A program made the translations under genes and the position numbers. 16,550 bases of DNA from Longivirga aurantiaca (GTDB lineage: Bacteria > Actinomycetota > Actinomycetes > S36-B12 > CAIYMF01), in assembly GCF_042660085.1 (NCBI RefSeq), contig NZ_JBHSTI010000033.1, positions 1-16,550 on the forward strand, read 5' to 3'. The notes under the pieces were generated by a model, which did not search any database, was not told the DNA's origin, and worked only from the letters and a program-made list of their open reading frames with translations. Numbering within the stretch: position 1 is the first letter of the stretch; each line of letters starts with the position of its first letter. Positions 13,347 to 16,550 of this stretch are shown here, in pieces.

Positions 13347-15008
13347 ATGGCTATGGCAGGAGCGGACGTCGTCGCGCCGACCGCTGAGCGCGAGGTGGCC
13401 CGGCCCGGCTGGGGACCGGCCCGGGTGGCCGCGGTGATCGTCGCGCTCGGCTCGCTCCTCAGCCTCATCACGGCGTGGGGGGCCTGGTCGGCGGACCAGC
13501 GCAACGAGCGCGACCTCCTCGCGGTGCAGACCAAGCAGGCGGCCGCGGTGATCGGAGGGCAGATCCTGACGATCCAGGAGCCGCTCGAGACCGCGTTGCG
13601 CGTCGCGCAGGCGACCGACGGCGACCCGGCCCGGTTCCGGCTGACGATGGGCCGCGCCACAGGTCCCGACGACGTGTTCGTCAGCGCATCTCTGTGGGAC
13701 ACCTCGGGCCCGGAACCCGTGCTGGTCGAGCAGATCGGGACCGAGCCCGTGCTCGATCCCGGCTCGGTCGACGCGCGCGAGCTCGTGCTCAAGGCCCGGG
13801 CGACGGCGGGGTTCGTCGTCACCCGCGCGGACGACGACTACAACCCTGTCTCCTACGCGGCCGGCGACCCGGTCGACCCGCGCTGGGTCGTGTACGCCGA
13901 GCGCGCCATCCCCGCGGACCGCATCGCCCCGGTGCAGCGGACCGCACCGTTCGCCGAGCTCCACTTCGCGACGTACATCGGTGCCGCCGACGACCCGTCG
14001 AACCTTGTCACCACGAACGTGACCATGGACGAGCTCCCCCTGACGGGCGGGACGTCGTCGGTGGAGCTCCCGTTCGGCGACAAGACGCTCACGTTCGTGG
14101 CCACGGCCAAGCGGCACCTCGGGGGCGAGCTCGGATGGCTGCTCCCGTGGCTGATCCTCGCCGTCGGCCTCGCCCTCACGATGATCACGGCGTTCGCAGC
14201 GGCGAACCTGGTGCGCTCCCGACGTCGCGCCGAGGCCGACCGCCGGACGATCGCCGACCTCTACGACCGGCTCGACGTGCTCTACGGCGAGCAGCGCAGC
14301 ATCGCTCAGACCCTGCAGCGGGCCCTGCTCCCGGCGTTCAACCCGGACATCCCCGGGCTCGATATCGCGTCCCGGTACGTCGCCGGCGCGGAGGGCGTCG
14401 ACATCGGCGGCGACTGGTACAGCATCATCCGCCGGGGCGAGCGCGAGGTGTGCTTCGTCGTCGGCGACGTGTCGGGCCGCGGCATCGGTGCGGCCACCGT
14501 GATGGCGCGGCTGCGCTTCACGATCCGCGCCTACCTCGCCGAGGGGCACAGCCCCGGAGTCGTGCTCGGTATGTGCTCCGAGCAGTTCGACATCGACGAG
14601 GACGGCCACATCGCCACGGTGGTGGTCGGCGTCCTCGACCTCGACACCTGCGGCCTCGTGCTTGCCAGCGCCGGACACTTCGCGCCGCTCGTGGTCGACG
14701 CCGAGGGCACGGCGAGATACCTCGAGCTCGACCCCGGGCCGCCGCTCGGCGTCATGGCGACGACCTACCGCGAGACCACGCCGTCGATGGGCGTCGGATC
14801 GACCCTGGTCGCCTTCACCGACGGCCTGGTGGAGCGCCGGGGCGAGAGCCTCGACGTGGGGCTGGACAGGCTTGCCCGCGCCGCCGCCCGCGGGTCGTCC
14901 ACCGTGGATCACCTGCTCGACGTCCTGGTGGGCCATCTGTTGGAGGACGGACCCGAGGACGACACAGCCCTGCTCGCGTTCCGCTGCCTCGGCGACGACA
15001 CGGCCTGA
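13347..15008 (+). CDS. Membrane-bound PP2C/SpoIIE-family serine/threonine phosphatase with an extracytoplasmic sensor-like domain, about 551-553 aa
   Basis: Two hydrophobic segments (AAVIVALGSLLSLITAWGAW and WLLPWLILAVGLALTMITAFAAA) bracket a domain of about 210 aa. The C-terminal half carries SpoIIE/PP2C blocks: DIGGDWY, VVGDVSGRGIGAA and AFTDGLVE. The start is ATG at 13347 or 13353. Confidence 0.8.
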   Translation: MAMAGADVVAPTAEREVARPGWGPARVAAVIVALGSLLSLITAWGAWSADQRNERDLLAVQTKQAAAVIGGQILTIQEPLETALRVAQATDGDPARFRLTMGRATGPDDVFVSASLWDTSGPEPVLVEQIGTEPVLDPGSVDARELVLKARATAGFVVTRADDDYNPVSYAAGDPVDPRWVVYAERAIPADRIAPVQRTAPFAELHFATYIGAADDPSNLVTTNVTMDELPLTGGTSSVELPFGDKTLTFVATAKRHLGGELGWLLPWLILAVGLALTMITAFAAANLVRSRRRAEADRRTIADLYDRLDVLYGEQRSIAQTLQRALLPAFNPDIPGLDIASRYVAGAEGVDIGGDWYSIIRRGEREVCFVVGDVSGRGIGAATVMARLRFTIRAYLAEGHSPGVVLGMCSEQFDIDEDGHIATVVVGVLDLDTCGLVLASAGHFAPLVVDAEGTARYLELDPGPPLGVMATTYRETTPSMGVGSTLVAFTDGLVERRGESLDVGLDRLARAAARGSSTVDHLLDVLVGHLLEDGPEDDTALLAFRCLGDDTA

Positions 15009-15081
15009 GCCCTCGTACGCCGGACGCGGAGGCCGTGAGCTCTCTGCAGGCCGGTGTCGCCGGAACCGCTCGCACCGCGGG

Positions 15082-15438
15082 TCAATCGCCGACGACCCCC
15101 TGGAACGGGCGGACCTCCACCGCGCCCTCGCAGGCCACGGTCGCGCGCTCCGCCCATGCCAGGGCCTCGGCCTCGTCGGCGACGTCGAGCACCCAGAAGC
15201 CGCCGATGTGCTCCTTGCTCTCGAGGTACGGGCCGTCGGTGCGCTCCAGCGCGCCGTCACGCGCGCGGACGACGCGGGCGGTCGTCGACGCCGCGAGCCC
15301 TCCGGCGAAGACGAAGACCCCGGCCTCGCGCATGGCGTCGTTGACCCTCCCGGTCGCCGCGAACGCGCGCTCGGCGTGCTCCGGGGTCGGGTAGACCGGG
15401 GTGTCGTCGTTGTGGACCGACAGCAGGTAGTGGGTCAT
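15082..15438 (-). CDS. YciI/DGPF-family protein, paralog 3, 118 aa
   Basis: The ATG at 15438 is preceded by GAGGAG 6 nt upstream on the minus strand. MTHYLLSVH..., FVFAGGL, TDGPYLESKEHIGGFWVLDVAD and VEVRPFQGV. Confidence 0.85.
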   Translation of the reverse strand: MTHYLLSVHNDDTPVYPTPEHAERAFAATGRVNDAMREAGVFVFAGGLAASTTARVVRARDGALERTDGPYLESKEHIGGFWVLDVADEAEALAWAERATVACEGAVEVRPFQGVVGD

Positions 15439-15471
15439 GCGGGGCTCCTCGGCTGCGGCCGGCGGCTCCGG

Positions 15472-15510
15472 CCCTCACGAACTGCACGATCTGCACGACG
15501 CCGATTCGAC
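15472..15510 (-). promoter_or_regulatory. Candidate ECF-type promoter P3 upstream of DGPF gene 3
   Basis: The minus strand reads GTCGAA (15510-15505), a 15-nt spacer, TCGTGCAG (15489-15482), 3 nt, then GTGAGGG (15478-15472). It ends 33 nt before the ATG at 15438. A second GGTCGAAT box sits 8 nt further upstream (15513-15520). Confidence 0.55.
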
Positions 15511-15599
15511 CATTCGACCGCACGGATCCGCCTCGGAGCGCGGCGGTATCGCCGGCTCGGTGCCGATCCTGCCGCGACCGGGCCGTGCGTGCTGGACCG

Positions 15600-16550
15600 A
15601 TGCCTGCCCCGCTGTGCGGCGTCGGCGATACTCGTGCGGTGAGGGAGCAGTGGTTCACCCGTGCGACCGAGCTGGACCCGATCGGTCCGACGGTCCGCGA
15701 GGTCGACTGGGCCAGCACCTCGTGGGGCCCGCCCGAGGACTGGGCACCGGGGCTCCGGTCGGCGGTGGAGATCTGCCTGAGCACGCGCTTCCCCGTGCTC
15801 GTCACGTGGGGCCCGGACCTCCTCATGCTCTACAACGAGGGCTACCGCGCCATGCTCGGACGCGAGAAGCAGGCAGGTGCGACCGGGCGGCCGGTGGCGC
15901 AGGTCTGGAGCGAGGTGTGGCCCGACATCTCGCCGCTGTTCGGCCAGGTGCTGTCCACCGGCGTCCCCGTCTACCTGGAGGACACCCCGCTGAGGGTGAA
16001 CCGCTCCGGGTACGACGAGGACGCGTGGTTCACGTTCTGCTACTCCGCGCTGAGGGACGAGAGCGGCCAGGTCCAGGGCGTTCTCGACATCGCGTACGAG
16101 ACGACCGAGCAGGTGGTGGCTCGTCGTCGGCTGTCGTTCGTCTCGATGCTGTCGACGCAGCTGCACGCGGCCACCGGGGACGTCGACGCCCTCGGCCGGG
16201 TCGTGTCCGACGTCCTCGGGCGGTCCCTGGACCTGCATGCCGCCGAGCTCTCGCTGCTCGTCGACGAGCGGTTCATCCCCCTCGCCCGGGCCAACCCGCG
16301 CGAAGTGCCGCTGCTGGACCCGTCGACCGTCCCCGAGCTTGTCCGGTCGCACCGGGCCCAGGTGGTCGGAGACACGTTCGTCATGCCGTTGACCGGGTCG
16401 GCCACCGATCCGGTGGTCGGAGTCCTGGCCCTGCGGGCGACCGCGGGACGGGCACCCGACGGCCTGCAGCTCGACTTCATGGAGCTCGTCGGGGTGACGA
16501 TCGCGAGCGCGCTCAGCACCTCGGTGAAGCACATGAGCGAGGTCGGCGAG
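15600..16550 (+). CDS. PAS (PAS_4-like) and GAF-like sensor protein, 3' end outside the window; the output domain is not visible
   Basis: This CDS is not in the supplied ORF track. I read the frame codon by codon from 15600 to 16550 and found no stop. GC3 is high. WGPPEDWAP...FPVLVTWGPDLLMLYNEGYRAMLGREK...DAWFTFCYSALRDESGQVQGVL is a typical PAS_4 N-terminal sensor block, followed by a GAF-like region. The start is tentative: ATG at 15600, with in-frame alternatives GTG at 15585 and 15639. Confidence 0.7.
   Translation, partial: MPAPLCGVGDTRAVREQWFTRATELDPIGPTVREVDWASTSWGPPEDWAPGLRSAVEICLSTRFPVLVTWGPDLLMLYNEGYRAMLGREKQAGATGRPVAQVWSEVWPDISPLFGQVLSTGVPVYLEDTPLRVNRSGYDEDAWFTFCYSALRDESGQVQGVLDIAYETTEQVVARRRLSFVSMLSTQLHAATGDVDALGRVVSDVLGRSLDLHAAELSLLVDERFIPLARANPREVPLLDPSTVPELVRSHRAQVVGDTFVMPLTGSATDPVVGVLALRATAGRAPDGLQLDFMELVGVTIASALSTSVKHMSEVGE

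Noticed and set aside
15009-15081. Possible terminator in the convergent gap between the phosphatase and DGPF gene 3
   Set aside because: Only 4-bp stems can be drawn (CCGG tgtcg CCGG; GGCC...GGCC). That is indistinguishable from chance at this GC content.
13224-15260. 678-aa minus-strand ORF
   Set aside because: It is antisense to the PP2C/SpoIIE phosphatase, which carries clear family motifs. Its own translation is Arg/Gly/Pro/Asp-rich with no motifs.
15435-16534. 365-aa and 164-aa minus-strand ORFs
   Set aside because: Both are antisense to the PAS-GAF reading frame, which has recognisable domain blocks and high GC3. Their translations are Arg/Pro-rich and not protein-like.

Overview
Very GC-rich window with strong GC3 bias, actinobacterial in style. 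It reads as ordinary chromosomal DNA, not a mobile island: I found no rRNA, tRNA, transposase, integrase or CRISPR. I support 18 CDS. Many long ORFs in the supplied track are antisense or off-frame artefacts of the GC content. One real CDS (15600 to the window end) is missing from the track because it has no stop codon inside the window. The most interesting content is a signalling and regulatory cluster. It centres on an ECF42-type sigma factor with a long C-terminal extension (7375-8637) and three YciI/DGPF-family paralogs (6420-6770, 6930-7283, 15082-15438 minus). Each paralog is preceded by the same roughly 39-nt promoter-like motif, GTCGAA-N15-TCGT(A/G)CAG-N3-(G/A)(T/C)GAGGG, with fixed spacing and unrelated spacers. 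This looks like a sigma factor and its cis-encoded regulon, whose biochemical function is still unknown. A membrane PP2C/SpoIIE phosphatase, a PAS-GAF sensor protein and a metallophosphoesterase / cNMP-binding pair lie nearby. Three structured non-coding elements also stand out. The first is a 2 x 59-bp tandem repeat that fills a convergent intergenic gap (5297-5417). The second is a 47-bp palindrome between the second DGPF gene and the sigma gene (7316-7362). The third is a 60-bp near-perfect, relatively AT-rich palindrome (8611-8670) that supplies the last codons and the stop of the sigma gene. All product calls come from motifs I recognise in the translations. No database search was run.
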